Shown here: one piece after another, positions 51,141 to 64,000 of the stretch
Layout of the letters: each line of letters opens with the position of its first letter
How positions within the stretch are numbered: the first letter of the stretch is position 1
NCBI RefSeq assembly: GCF_036321535.1
Contig: NC_087438.1
Coordinates: 12,588,001 to 12,652,000, forward strand
Direction of reading: 5' to 3'
Source: Camelus dromedarius
Lineage: Eukaryota
Length of the DNA stretch: 64,000 nucleotides
Notes under the pieces: generated by a model
Databases searched by the model: none
Told to the model about the DNA's origin: nothing
The model's input: only the letters and a program-made list of their open reading frames with translations
Made by a program: the position numbers and the translations under genes

Positions 51141-51623
51141 GGAGTTCAAAACCACTTTTGATAATGCTTTAAGTATTTTACCCTCAGTAAACCTATATTT
51201 TGTGTGTGTGAAGAAAGAAAACACCATATATAAAGGCCTTAGTGCAAGCTTTTTCTTACTGTCTCTGTGCTGAGCAGAGTGTGTGTTTGATGCCACGTTG
51301 ACACTCTTGAACCGTTGGTCTAAAACGCCCAACCGTATTGACCTGCACAGGATTATGGTGGAAGTAAGTGGAGGGGAATTTGCACATTCTTTTGAATGTA
51401 TTCAGATGAAGTGAAGCTCATTTCTAAATGTGGAATGTAATAAACACACGGATTTTAAATCAAAGTTAGGGTATGAAAAGCTCCACACAGTTACTCACTT
51501 GTGTGTCTCTGTTTCAACTGTGTCTCCACACACGGACTCAGTGGCCAGCTGACAAGTAGGTTTCTATCATGATTTGCATTACTGCCTCCCCTCTGGGACC
51601 TTAGCATCCCTCTCTTGAGCAGA

Positions 51624-52073
51624 TGTTAGGGGCTGAATTGTGTCCCTTCAAAATTCATATGTTGAAACTCTAACCCTCAGTACTTCCGAACGTGACCTTA
51701 TTGAGAAATAGACTCTGTGCAGATGTAGTTGGTAAGATGAGGTCATTAGGGTGGGCCCTAGTCTATTTGACTGATGTCCTTATAAAAAGGGACAATGTTG
51801 TCATATAGGGAGAACATCATGTAACAATTACGGCAGAGGTCAGGGCAATGCGTCTGTGAACCAACAACACCAAAGATTTCCAGAAAGCACCAGAAGTTAG
51901 GTGAAAGGTATGGAACAGATAGGTTCTTTCTCACAGAGTGCAGGAGGATTCAACCTTGCCAAAACCTTGATCTTGGATTTACAGCCTCCAGAACTGTGAG
52001 ACAATAAAGTTTCCATTGTTTTAGCCAGTCAGCTTGCTGTGCTTTGTTACAGCACCTTTAGCAAACTAATACA
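51624..52073 (+). mobile_element. Solo MaLR LTR (MLT1B/C-like), full length
   Basis: TG...CA termini 'tgttaggggctgaattgtgtcc...gcaaactaataca'; TSD g(c/t)aga at 51619-51623 and 52074-52078. Confidence 0.92.
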
Positions 52074-53715
52074 GTAGATCATTGAAGCTGGACTGAGCAA
52101 ACCAGCTTTTGTGGCTCCAAACTTGGTTGGTTGTAAATCTTTCTTGGTCATAGACTCCAGAAGGAATCTGCAGCTTCTCACTTACCATAAGCCTTTCACA
52201 GTGAGACAGTTCTACTAAATGTTCATTTAAGATTATTCTATGATGTGGAATTGTATTGTATTGAAATTTGTATTATTTCTGACCGTGTATAAGATCTTTG
52301 CCTTCCAAAACCTTTGTCAAAGTCTGACAGCTTACTGTCTACTGGCACTGTTGTGATGACAAACAAAAAAGTGCTGGTTTTGGTAGTCAAACTCCTGCCC
52401 CCTTCCTTGTGTTTGAACCCGTAGTCGAGCTGTTCAGCTTTGCCTGATTTGGCCCTAGGTGAGGTGAGCTGCATGTCTTCCTGATAAAGCAGTGTTACCT
52501 TCCAGGGTGGAATGAAATGTGGTTGTTCGATCTAAAATTTGAGTTGAAAAAGTGTGCATTTTCTGTGGGAATCGAGTCCAGCATGCTTCTATGAGAACCC
52601 CCCAGTCAGCCAGCACTGCATTAACCGGGTTCCTCAGACCACCTGTGGCTTGGGCAGGGGAGGGTGGGCATAGCTCCATACAGCTGATTACCTGGTACCT
52701 CGCAGGCTAGGAAACCTGTTTCCCAACTCATTTAGGGACCAGAGTGTGTTCACTTTCCATGAACGAATTAATTAAATTCATTGGCTGGGAGGTGGAGAAA
52801 AATGTTGGTGGGTGATTATATTCATTAAAGGAATTTGAAAATTAACTCCTTAAAAGATGCTATCATATACTAACACTGCTCCAGGATAGTTTAGCTAGAA
52901 GAGTTAACTTATTTCTCAGGTGTGCCTGATAAAGTGTTGTTATGTCTGTTTAGCATTTACAGGAACTGAAATGTGGAAATGAATGAAAACCTCTCAGACC
53001 CACCTCCTCCTCCTCTGCTCTGAAGTGTATAATTCAAATGTAATCGATACTGACATTTCCCTAGGAAGGTAGCTTGAACGTTTGAGTAGGCAAATGAAAA
53101 CTTGGCATTTTTGTCTATTTTCAACAAGCTGTTGTCAAGTGCAGTTTTGGTAGCTTGGGGGTTGTGATGGGGGAAAAAGGCAGCCACAGTCCTCTGATGT
53201 GCCTCCTTTAAAGGAAGAAATACAGTACCTGGGCAAGACGGTGCTCCCTAAGGATGGAGGGCGGACACAGCTGGGGAGGGAACTTTGGAGGATGGAGCCC
53301 AATGAGCATTGCTGTCTCACCGAGGGTCACCAGTTAGGAGACTTAGATGCAGCTTCCAGGTTTGGGTAGCATATATTCTGCTGAATTCACTTCTTATATT
53401 TTATAATTGGCTTTTCATTTTTAGAGCAAAAATTCTAATTCTTGTCCAAATGTGACTATTCCATCTCTTTTTGTCTTTAGTGTGTTCTTAAGAGAAAGGC
53501 CACCAGCTCTGATTTCTCCATCTGTCAACTCCTTGTCTCCTATCTGGAAATTACCGCAGAGTCTGGATGATCGGGAGGGTGGTTTGGGGGCAATTTTTCA
53601 TTCTCAGAACAGCACCAAACCTTAAACTGGGAGGTGGTGAGGGAGGGAAAGAGAGCACTTCTGACAGCTAAGGTAAATAAAATTAAAAAAAAAAAAGTGA
53701 GTGGGGACCTAAATA

Positions 53716-54137
53716 CAGATTTTCCTCGCAGTCTGAAAGCAGAGGTTCCTACAAAGCTTGTTGTAAACCAAAATGTCATAAAGTGAAGAAGCAATCACCT
53801 TAGGACACATCGTGCTAATGGATGCACAAAATAAATCAAGACGAAGCACAGATGCTCACAAACACAGTGCAAACCTGTGGCGGCTTGGTGCTGAGGTGCT
53901 GAGTGTGGTTCTAGGGGAAGGAGCTTGGCAGGGGGGCCCCCTCTCCCTGCTCAGGGTCCGAGCTGCCTCTGTAACTGCTCACTGTGAAACTAACACTGAA
54001 CACTATTTTCACGTTTTGCCTTTTTTTGTAAAATCAAAAATCCTCTTTGGATTTCTTTAGGTGAGTAAAAACAGGTACTACTGTAGGTGTTTCCTAAGAG
54101 CACAAAGTGATTCAAAGTGAACTTTCGGAAATGCCTG
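53716..54137. mobile_element. TcMar-Tigger non-autonomous element (possibly Tigger6-like)
   Basis: TA|CAG...CTG|TA ends (53714-53715, 54138-54139); internal 'gaagaagcaatcaccttaggacacatc...ggatgcacaaaataaatc' recalled from a Tigger consensus. Confidence 0.75.
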
Positions 54138-56719
54138 TACCTTAATGTGGTGAAATTGTCACTTAGAGCGGAGCCGGGCAGCACGCCTGTCTGCTGCAGC
54201 CAGCTTGGGAGCTCCGAAAGAAGAGAGGAGCTGGGAAAGAAGCCGAGAGGACAGGGCAGATATAGAGCAAAATCAAGCAATACAAAATAAAGTTAAATAA
54301 GGGAAGCATAGCCTGGTGGAAAGGTAGAGAAGCGGTGACTGGCCCAAAACAGAGACAATTTACCCAGGCTGTCAGTGAATGACCGGCTGGGAGAGTGGAT
54401 GACTGTTGCCAGGTCTGGGTGGAGGAAAACCTGAACTGTTTGCTGTGGACAAACTCACCATCCTACGCACTGTCACCCATCAGGAGCTGATTCTATTGCA
54501 GCATGGTAAAATATTTCCTCCTAATTATGATCTTTAGCTATCAGGAAATGTTTAAATTCTGCTTGTATATTTTACTAAAGAAGGAAAGGAAGTTTATAAT
54601 AAGCAAGGCATTTAATTTAAGAGTGAAAGTTGGCGTGAAAGCATTAAATTCAGTGATCTGTGAAAGTGTTCTCTAGAGCCATTTATTCCCTGAAATGTTG
54701 AAAAATTGATGTGGAAATTATGTTGTCCTTTACTACTGAGATAAAAAGATTGGCAATTAAATTTTCAGGAAAAAAGATCATTGCCTTGAAATGCTTACCA
54801 ATGCAGTGGGGGCAATTTGTGAGAAATAAATATTGAAGAATGAAGGAGTAGAAACAAAGAAGAGATAAAACACACACACTCACTCATTTGATCAATGTTC
54901 TCCTGTTTCATTTTTAAATTTTCCTCTCCTTGCCTTTTTACAGAAAGGGCTATATTTGCTACTCTTCCTGTTTCAGGATTTCTAAGTATGAAATCCACCC
55001 AGAAAGTAGGCATGTTCACAGGAGAGAAGTCAGTCTGCGTAATGAAATTCTTAGCAGAATATACGTAAGTTCCAAGAAGGCTCTTTTATCTGACACCCTC
55101 ATCACTTATGTGACAGCCTGCTCTTTCCCATTCCTCATTTCCAGTTGCCTTTAAACATTCATTTCTAGGGCTTTCTGGGCTCATGTATTATTTATAAACA
55201 ACCCTTTCCTCCATTCCCACGGGGCACAGCATGAATCCTGTGGTGAGCTAGCACTTTAGCAAAGGGAAGTTGGTGAGTAAGAGTCTGTTACTTCATCATC
55301 CCAGCAAGCAGAAGCTCGGAAGAACTCCCTACCTGTTGTTTGGTGACTAAATGAGCCCCCAGAAACCTCATTAGAACCGGAAGTCCAGGATCTGGAGTTC
55401 AACATCCCCTCATCTCTTGACCCTGTGGAAGGAGCGACTGCTGAGCCCCAGCAGAGGTTTTTGAAGGCGCAGGAAGGGAAGGTTGGAAGAGATCAAGGTC
55501 ATTGCAGTCAGGCTGGATGGCGATCACCCAGGAGACCACTGGAATGCTTTCTTTGTCTTCTCACTTTTAAAATACAGGCCTGTAAGGCAATGTCTGGGAT
55601 GTGCAAAATGTTGAAGGGACAGGTAAACATTTAGACAGTGGACAGATAAAGGCACGAGAATTAGAATTCCTTGAGCTTGAAGGGAACTCCATGTTTGCTC
55701 TCTGAAAGTTTTTTTTTGCGTTTGAGGGTTTTACAAGTGAATCCCAGGGTGATCCATGTAGCACCAACTGCTGACTGGGCTGGGGGTGCTGAAAACTGTG
55801 GAAATTTTGTGGGTGAATAGGCTTTTTTTCACCGCAGTAGTTCTGTGGTGAGTCCTTGGCAAATTTTGAAACAAGTTATAGAAGGAACCAAGTGAGATTT
55901 TTCTCTCTTTTTTCCCCCCAAAGAGTTAAAATGAGCCAAATTTAGTTTTGAAAGCACTTTCTCACTTTGTCTTAGGATTTGAGTGAAGAGAATTAAGTCT
56001 TATCTGCATTGCATCTTTGAATGTGGGTGAAAGATAAAGTAAAGCCCTGAGTCGTTTTAATTGAGCAAGACCCGGGAGGGGAAGAAAGAGATCTGGGGTC
56101 ATAACATTGTCATGCTCCTTCCATTGTCTTTGAGGAATCTGAGTTTCCCAGTGACAGTAACCTAGGTTTCTTGAACCACAGCTGCCTGCTGCAGGCGTTG
56201 AGAGCCATCGGGTGGAGGAAGCTGAGGTCAAGTGAGCTCAGGGGACAGCCAGCAGGGGGTGATTTTGGAGAAACTGGGTGAGGAGCAAGACAGGTAGGCA
56301 GCTGGAAATGCCGGTCAAGGGCTCAACGTCATCGTCAGGGAGGTGGGGACAGATTCTTCCAAGGCCACTTCCGGGCAAATTTCCCCTTCCACTTTCTGAG
56401 TTAGTAGAAGAAATGTGTTATTTTTCACCTGGGCTGAAGTGAGCACTCAGCTTAGCAGACCTGCCTTGGTTTCATCATTACTCACCAGACCACCCAAGGA
56501 CCTGCTGGAATTGTTGCAAAAGACCTAAAAGGTCGCTTGTGCTATGAGTTTTCCAGCACTCTGTCCCAGACCTATGGGGTATGCTTGGAGGCAGAAGGGA
56601 GAGACCAAATCTTCACGGTGCCTTCATCAGAGCTGTTATGTTTTAGATTTTCTCTAGTAGGATTCTCAGGAAAATTTCCTTTGGGGAGAAGAAGGGCATT
56701 CTGTCCATTAATAAAATGT

Positions 56720-56855
56720 TTGAAAAATCACTCATCTAGTCTCTTCTCAGTTTACAAATGAGGGAATGGAGACCCAGCGTGGTTAATTTACTAACCTAGG
56801 ATTCCACAGTTAATGGCATGGATTGAGTTTCAACTCTAATCTTTTGACCACCAGG
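56720..56855 (-). mobile_element. MIR fragment
   Basis: 'catctagtctcttctcagtttacaaatgagggaatggagacccagcgtggttaattta'. Confidence 0.65.
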
Positions 56856-57619
56856 GTGCTAGTGGTGATTTTAAAGACCCGGTATACAGAGAAAGACCCA
56901 GTATGCAACATGCTGAGTGTTGAATGTAGTAATTCTAATTTTATTTTAAACTACAAATGCTTACATGACAGTAATCACCCATATCTGTGTGTAATATCTA
57001 CTTAATAACATTATAGTAATGAGTGGATTGGATGAGATCAACACATTCCTTTTTTCTTTTATTATTATTATGTGATAACTCTAAAGACTTATTTTGCTGG
57101 TTTGCTTCTTGTATGAAAATAGAATCAAGCTCAAATTTCTTGGTTTAAATAATTCAGTTGATAACTAAAAATTTAACCAAGTGGTGAGGCTCTTCACATT
57201 TTGCAGAAATAATTATCTTTGTTGATTTTTTAAAAGCTTATTGGAATGCTTATTTTTCCCCATTTTCCCTTCTCTCTTTCATTTTGAAAGCCTAGCCTCA
57301 TTTAATCAGCCTTCCTTCAACTCTTCAAATATCGTCATGACCGTGCAATGCAGTGTGATCTTCAATCAGAGAATAAACTGAAGGCACTATCTAGGAGTGA
57401 ATATTAATACCCCAAAGTATTAGCAGACCAACATAAAGCTATAATAGAAAGTGTTTAAACTTGGAACTACTGGTATTTCTCACTTTTCCTAGTGTCAGGT
57501 CTTGATGTTTTGTGGAAAGCATCTTCCAGGCTTGAACTAGCTACCGTCTTCCTAATAGTGTCTTAGGTGGCCCAGTTGCAAATGTGAGCTCCCTGCCTGA
57601 GGCAGTGTATGCTGGGTTA

Positions 57620-58000
57620 TACAAAGAACATTCTGGGGAACCAGGAGGAAGAGCAAATAAACTAGACTGGGCAGGTGGGGCACGGAAAGGCTTTCAACAG
57701 GAATAGATACTTTAAGACCTGTTTTGAGGAAGTGGGCAGGAGTAAACCAAAGGACGGAGAGCAGGGCAGGAGACACACCACATGAGAAGGTTGGAGCCAC
57801 AATGGAGAAACACGTCTTTCAGGCTGTCTGTAAAGAAATCATGTTTGTACGTGATAAGAAAGGAAGTGAGACGAGTGGGCAGCAGATGGGTTCCAGAGGG
57901 CTCGATGAACCAAGGTGAGAGTTTAAACTAGATCTTAAAATCTAGGGCAAATTAGTGAAGACGTTTAGGCATGGAGTTGACATGAAGAATTGGAGTCTGT
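57620..58000 (-). mobile_element. LINE-2 fragment
   Basis: 'ggaaaggctttcaacagg...tttaagacctgttttgagg...gagagtttaaactagatc...ggcatggagttgacatga'. Confidence 0.6.
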
Positions 58001-58729
58001 GGTAATAGAAGTCAAAGTTCAATGAAAGGTTTCAGAGAAAGGATAAAGCCCTGTATTTGTCATGAAATGGGATAGCTAAGTGGGTTTAGAGGGAAGTCTT
58101 CTCCATTGAGGAGATCAGGGATATTAAGAACCAGAGTATAAGATCAATCATCTACCTTAAGACACGAATGTCGTACACAGTGTTTTTAGGGATAGAGGTA
58201 GAGAAGAAAAACTGGCAGATAACTACCCAAATTCCCAACAGATGTTGGGGAGTCTGACAGAAGAGCTTGCTAGAGGCAGATAACGTAAGCTTCAACACTG
58301 GTGTTTTTACTTCCAGGCAGGGGAGCTCTGGTTTGTAGGAGCACTGGGAAAGCAGCAGTCTCCTTTCTCCTGAGGTTCTGTGAACACGGAAGTGGGTGGG
58401 AGGCCAAGTTGTCTTCTCTTGAGAAAGGGTTGAGTGATGTCAAAGTTTAAGGGAAGAGAGTCTATGAATTTTTCACCTAAATGATTCTGAAAGTCTCGGG
58501 TAAGTAGTTGCTTGGTAAAAGGGTACCAAATGTCGCATAAAGAGCTATGACTGTTCTCTGGAGAAACAGATCCTTGATGACTCAACATCTTTTTGTACTT
58601 TTCCTGAATCTCTGAGATATTTGCAGTGCCCTTTACATGTTAATATACCTCTCATCTGAGCACCGAAAATTGATTTCCATCAATTTACATTGAAGGGAAC
58701 TACCCTTTCTATTCATGATTTCATGGTTT

Positions 58730-58850
58730 GCTCATCTCACCAACATTTACTGAGTGCTGTTGTGTGTTACATGCTGGAGGTACAAAAAGGAACAAATTGG
58801 AAATTGTCCCTCTTTTCATGGAGCTCATGTTCCAATAGATGTGGAGTGTT
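58730..58850 (-). mobile_element. LINE-2 3' end
   Basis: 'caccaacatttactgagtgct...tgtccctcttttcatggagctcatgttccaatag'. Confidence 0.65.
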
Positions 58851-60025
58851 AGTAAGATTTTTTTTCTTTTGATACTTAATTTATATATTTCCTTTAAAAA
58901 CCACCCAAAATATAAACAACTCTTCATGGCAACATTATAGAGCAACATCTTAAATGATGACTGTGTAGTGCAGGGTGTAAATGAATGAGTATCTATGTGT
59001 GATTGTTAATCCTTAACCATCATCAACTGCTGCTTAATCTAACTCGTGTTTACTTTTTATCCTTGAATTCTTAGAATTTGTCACGTGTTTTAGAAGCTTA
59101 ATCTTTGCTCCCTAAGCAATACGGCTTTCAGAGTCCTCGAATTACTTTGTTTAGTTGTTGAGTTTCCGTCTCACATATTTCTTAGCTGTTTGACACAACC
59201 AAAGATCTGCCTTTGCCCTTCTTCCTGTTTTCTCTTTTAGGGTCTCATATTTCTTTACAAATGGCCTGGAGTCATTATTTAGGCCGGTCTCTGTGTGGTT
59301 ATTAAATGCTCCCATGTCTCCTGGCAGAAGTGTATAACTTTTCCCTTTTATGAGAGGAAGGGAATTTTCCTCATTTCCAGTAGAAATTGAGCATATTAGC
59401 TTTCTATTTTTTTTTTTTTGGATAATTTGCATTATTTCTTCCATAGCAATGAACAATCTGAGGTGGAATGAGAAAAAGTTCAGATTACATCCCAAATTGC
59501 TTTTTTACAAGGTTACATATTTCCTCTAACAAATTATTTTAAAGATAACTAAAAAAAGCAACATCTAAAAAATGAAGCTAAAAAATTACAAGTGTAATAA
59601 AACCTCAATGATTGTTGCAAATTCTTTGAAGACCAGTATGACTAAAACTGTGATTACCACATGTGAAGTTTTATTATTTCTAGGCACATGTACAAAGTGT
59701 AAGGAATATTTAAGAGCAATTTTTTATTGGCAAATTAATTTTTAAAGTATCTTAAATAGTCTCATTTTGTTTTGTTTCCTTGAGAAGGTAGAAATCTTTC
59801 CGCAATTATATCTACTTTGTTTCACTGAGCTGCAAAAAGGGCACAAGGATCTCAATTATTTTATGATCAAAACATGTAACTGTGTGTATACATGTATAGA
59901 CATAAACTAACACAAGGTTACATTAATGACAAGATATATTCTTGATAAGTACTGTTACTTGCATATCAAGCAACTGAATCATATCCTCTTCTATGAAAAT
60001 TATTGAGGATTGAAACATGATTACC

Positions 60026-60079
60026 CAGAAACTAGCACAACATTGTAAATCAACTATACTTCAATTTAAAAAAAAGGAA
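60026..60079 (+). mobile_element. Ultra-short (54 bp) L1 3' terminus
   Basis: 'cagaaactagcacaacattgtaaatcaactatacttcaatttaaaaaaaagg'; 14-bp TSD gaaa(c/a)atgattacc at 60012-60025 and 60080-60093. Confidence 0.85.
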
Positions 60080-60093
60080 GAAAAATGATTACC

Positions 60094-60516
60094 TGAGCTG
60101 CTGGGTCCCATGTGACAGAACCGTGTGTTCTGGCCAACGATATATAAGTGGAATGCCACTTTGGAGCTTCTGGGAAAGATTTTGCTTTTCCATGAAAAGG
60201 TCAACTGCTCTTCTTCTATCTTCCTGCTCTGAATGTGGTGATGTGAGAAAGTGATGGTTGGACTTAACGGCAGCTGTCTTGATTGGGACCATGAGATAAA
60301 AAGCCTAAGAATAAAAATACATCATATCTGGGATGAGAGAAGATGGAAAAAAGATAAAAAGGATAGGGAAGAAAACCTACCTCTCTGATGACATCACTTT
60401 GTTACCTCATCAGATTTGGAAACACTTACCTCAGGTTTCATCATATGTGAGATAACTGAATCTCTGCCTTGCTCAGGCTTTTTTGGCAACTGATACATTG
60501 CAACATTTTCCTGACT
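60094..60516 (+). mobile_element. Old MaLR LTR (MLT1J-like)
   Basis: 'ccatgtgac...gttctggccaacgatatataagtggaa...gcttctgggaaag...ggcagctgtcttg...gaccatgag'. Confidence 0.7.
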
Positions 60517-60571
60517 CTCCCAATCTCACGTGTAGGTAGGAAGTAATAGCAGGTATTAAAACCCAGGTTTT

Positions 60572-60826
60572 GATTTTTTTTTATTTTTTATTTTTAAAAT
60601 AGACTTCATTCTTTTAGAGCAGTTAAGGTCCACAGCAGAACTGAGCAGAAAATAGAGAGTTCGCACATAGCCTTCCCCACCCGCACATATACACTCCCCT
60701 GCCCTCAACATCCCTCACCAGTGTGGCATATTTGGTGGAATCGATGAACCACATTGGCACATTATTATCAACCAAAGTCCATAGTTTACATTAGGGTTCA
60801 CTCTTGATGTTGTGCATTCTATGGGG
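60572..60826 (-). mobile_element. L1MC-type 3' end inserted in a MIR
   Basis: 'aatagacttcattcttttagagcagtt...cattattatcaaccaaagtccatagtttacattagggttcactcttgatgttgtgcattctatgg'; perfect TSD aaaacccaggtttt at 60558-60571 and 60827-60840. Confidence 0.9.
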
Positions 60827-62164
60827 AAAACCCAGGTTTTTAGACTGAAAGCCCAATGTTTTCTTGGCCTGGCTATCTTTCCACATAGTCATAATTTGGG
60901 AAATAAATACACAAACTGTGAAGTAATAACATATATTATCCACTGTGCAGACTCTTATTTGAAGCCTTATTTCCCTTATAAGCCTCTAGACTCACTCTGC
61001 TCATGTCTGCCACGTCCTGGGAGTGAGTTTTTCTCCATCATCCTTTATTTCCCTTGTCATCAAATGGTCTTTTACCTCATTATGACTTCGGCAAGTTACT
61101 GGTCTTCATAAGAGGGTAATTTATATAAACCTCTCTGCATATTTCACAGTCTTGCAGAGTCGGGAGGGGCGTGTGGGGTGGGGCTTCACTTATTACCAGC
61201 ATTCCGATTTTTTTTTACTAGTGGTTGTTACATAGGTGTTGAATTTTTTTGTGTGCGTTGTAAACTTTTAATAATGACGACGAATAAGAAAACAGAATCA
61301 TTTGTGAAGTTTGTAAAATCACACAGGCGATGAAAATTTGGCGTGCAAGCATTCATCTGAGAGAGAAGAATGAGGCTAGAGGATTATAATCATGATCGCC
61401 TGCCCGAGTGACTTGTGTCTCAGCTGCAGAGGGGCAATAGCTTACTTCGGTTCTTGAATAAGGAAACATTTTAGTGTAAAAGTGAAATTCATATGAATTT
61501 AGTGTCATTTTAACCACAATTTTTTTCTAGGATATATGATGTATATATAGAAATTATATAGTGAATAAAGGCCCATAATGAGATATTACATTTCTGCCTG
61601 ACTTTGTCTCTAAAAAAATGAGTGTGCTTAACATTTTTTTTTTCAATTTGCAGTGGTAACAGCCTCATATATCATTCTCCTTCAGCTGATTATCTCTTTT
61701 GAGACATCAAGTGTTAAAGATCTGTATGTAGATATTTGACATGTTTCTAACCATAGGATTACTCATGTACTCAAAGAAACCGCTGAGATTTCCCAGTCAG
61801 AGCAGATGGCCAAAACAGGGACGATGAGTCCCTTAAGAGTGAGGCTTTAGGAAAAATGTGAAGGCCCCCTGAGTTATTTGTAAAATCGAGTTATAAGGGA
61901 GCAGAGTCGAGATCTGCAAAGATACTGATTAAGGGCAAAGTGACTCCTAAGCGAGTGGAACTCAACTCTTGTTCAATTAAATGTACCACTGTGTTTAAGG
62001 AAGAGTGTGTGCAACAGATGAGGGACTGAGAAGCCATAAAAGCTTAAACAGAAGAAATCCAGAGAAGGAGATCTTTGTGCTGTTCAACCAAGACCTGTCT
62101 GAGAGAGGTGTGTTCTGAGCCAGGGATACACTCTATTTCCAAGGGAAGGCATGTTATTGTTGTC

Positions 62165-62545
62165 ATTGTTATTAATCTATAGCATGTATTGTCTGTTTTC
62201 AATGTCACATGCTGCATACTTTGTATGTATTTTGTCATTTAATCCTCATAAAGGCTCAAAGAAGCAGGCACTACAGTTATCCCCATTTTGGAGGTCAAGT
62301 GGCTTGTTCAGGCTCCTACAGATAGGAAGCCGCAGTGTTGGGATCTGAGCCTCGTTTAGAGAACCTGTATATGTAGCCACAATTTGGCAAGTTTATGAGG
62401 ATGGAAGGGAATTCTCTCCTCAATTTTGCAAAGAGGAATCTGAGGATTCGAGGTTTTGTGACTTGCCCATCAGCATGTGCTGGAATTAAGACAGTTATTC
62501 AAGGTCTCTTAAACCTTAGTCTCATGCATTTCCAGCATACCAGGC
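62165..62545 (-). mobile_element. Two adjacent MIR fragments
   Basis: 'tcatttaatcctcataaagg...tatccccattttg' and 'caattttgcaaagaggaatctgaggattcgaggttttgtgacttgccca'. Confidence 0.7.
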
Positions 62546-62689
62546 TACCTCTTGTGCATGGGGAAGTCACTGAAGAGCAGACCAGTGGAGATCAGACTGC
62601 CTTCAGGGCTGGGGCAACCTTGGAGGACTGCGCTCTGCAGAAGGAAGCAGTTGTGCGTAGCTCACACTTAAGGAGTGGAGAGTTATTCT

Positions 62690-63105
62690 CCATCTTCTTG
62701 AGGGCTGATTATCTACATGAACTGTTTGGGATGCTTCCACCCGAGAGCTCTGTCTGTTCTCCCCCATTCATTTATTTATTCAATCCTGTAGTTATATCAG
62801 TATAAACTTATGGGTATTTATTTCACACTTTGGGTTATAATCCAATAGATTTTATTTATTTTCTTGTTCAAATTGTTCAAACTTTGGCCACTGGGAACTC
62901 GCTCGGTTGGCTCTTGTGTCCTTTTGATACGCCCATCATTCTGGGGTTTTTTTTTTTTGAGTACATTTTTGCTTTTTGGCACTACAAGAAGCTCCAGGCT
63001 CATCTTGACTATTTCCTGCTTTAGTCCTAGAATCAGACATTTCTCCAAGGAGTCCTGGTTCTTTTTGTTGGAGAGTGGTATTAGACACCAAGATCTAGGT
63101 GGCAT
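62690..63105 (-). mobile_element. L1MC-type 3' UTR fragment
   Basis: 'ctttgggttataatccaata...tttggccactgggaactc...ctccaggctcatcttg...tttctccaaggagtcctggttc'. Confidence 0.8.
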
Positions 63106-63189
63106 GAATCACGTTTTATGCATTTTAAATTGTAGCTAATGCTAAGAAGTCACCACTCGGCTGCTCTCAGGGTGGGGGTCAGGGGTTGG

Positions 63190-63345
63190 TGAGTGGAAGA
63201 GGTCCCAAGGAACTTCAAAGGTCTGATCTGTTTCTTAAACTCAGTGCTGGTTGCATGGGCTTCTTCATTTTACGAAAATTCATCAAGTTGTATACTTACG
63301 AAATGTGCATTTTCCTACTTTATGCTCTGTCTCAATAAAAATATA
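63190..63345 (+). mobile_element. L1ME-type 3' end
   Basis: 'gaaaattcatcaagttgtatacttacgaaatgtgcattttc...ctcaataaaaa'. Confidence 0.7.
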
Positions 63346-63389
63346 TCAAAATGGGGGGAAAACAAAACAAAAACTAATAACAAACACTT

Positions 63390-63560
63390 GTTGGGTATCA
63401 GGAAGACAGGATCTGGAGTTTGAATCCCTGGGTTCAAATAATTAATCAGTGTTACAATCTTCAGTCAGCTACTTAACTTTTTTTGTTTCTCAGTTTTCGT
63501 TATGTATAAAATAAAGACAGGGTTATTATCTGCTATAGATGGCTGTTGTGCTCATAACAC
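63390..63560 (+). mobile_element. MIR
   Basis: 'tggagtttgaatccctgg...ctacttaac...tctcagttttcgttatgtataaaataaag'. Confidence 0.65.
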
Positions 63561-63575
63561 AGTCTCTTTCTCTTC

Positions 63576-63670
63576 ATATACACATACACGCACATATATA
63601 CACATATATGTATACGTGTATGTATGTGTCTATATACACATATATGTGAAGGTATGTATATATATACATA
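63576..63670. repeat. Compound (TA/CA/TG)n low-complexity repeat
   Basis: Alternating purine-pyrimidine tract seen directly. Confidence 0.85.
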
Positions 63671-63671
63671 A

Positions 63672-64000
63672 AGAGTTAATCCGCATCATTTGCAGAGTCT
63701 TTGTTTGTGAATTTGCCTACTTGCTAAACGTGACGTGTAATGCCCAAACCGCTACGTGTGGCACTCTGGGGCCATGTGTGGTCACGCACAAGGTGGCAAC
63801 AGATTAGAATCCGCTGATGCCCGAGTTCCCAGTGAGCATGAATGAGGCCGTGCTCCGCCTGCTAGTCTCAGCTTTTATAATGTAAAGAAGTGTTCTTTTC
63901 TCAAGATATTTAATGCCACGCTTTTTCACATTTTTGTGCTTTTTTGTTGGTGAGTTCGCTGTCTAAAATGGCCCACGATGCAGGGCTGACGTCCTTCCTA
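63672..64000 (+). mobile_element. TcMar-Tigger element, MER82-like, runs off the window end
   Basis: 'tttgtgaatttgcctacttgctaaa...tttaatgccacgctttttcacatttttgtgctttttgttggtga...taaaatggccc' follows recalled MER82. Confidence 0.8.

Noticed and set aside
56249..56262. CTCF-like motif CCAGCAGGGGGTGA
   Set aside because: Lacks the key C of the GGC core; too weak without data
1..64000. A novel multi-gene or prokaryote-type system
   Set aside because: No credible coding genes, operon structure or arrays; the content is explained by mammalian repeats and unique non-coding DNA

Overview
Non-coding, AT-leaning mammalian genomic DNA (intergenic or deep intronic). It is very likely from a camelid, because a tRNA-derived Vic-1-type SINE lies at about 46.9-47.0 kb. 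I found no convincing protein-coding gene, rRNA, tRNA gene or CRISPR array. The ORF track looks like noise, except for ORFs that are decayed LINE-1 ORF2 (23..253) or antisense translations of L1. The window is a mosaic of transposon relics: 5'-truncated L1 3' ends (many with readable target-site duplications, one with a twin-priming 5' inversion), old L2/MIR, solo MaLR (MLT1) and ERVL (MLT2, MER21) LTRs, hAT and Tigger MITEs, and microsatellites. Repeat-free islands between them carry enhancer-like motif clusters and a few candidate plus-strand exons. I found no evidence for a novel multi-gene biological system. The best leads are three retrotransposition oddities: an unexplained 360-bp insert nested with an L1 inside an MLT2 LTR, a ~120-bp L1-5'-end-like element with its own A-tail, and the inverted L1. 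Repeat subfamily names are recalled from consensus sequences by eye and need RepeatMasker/Dfam confirmation. Most boundaries without a TSD are approximate.
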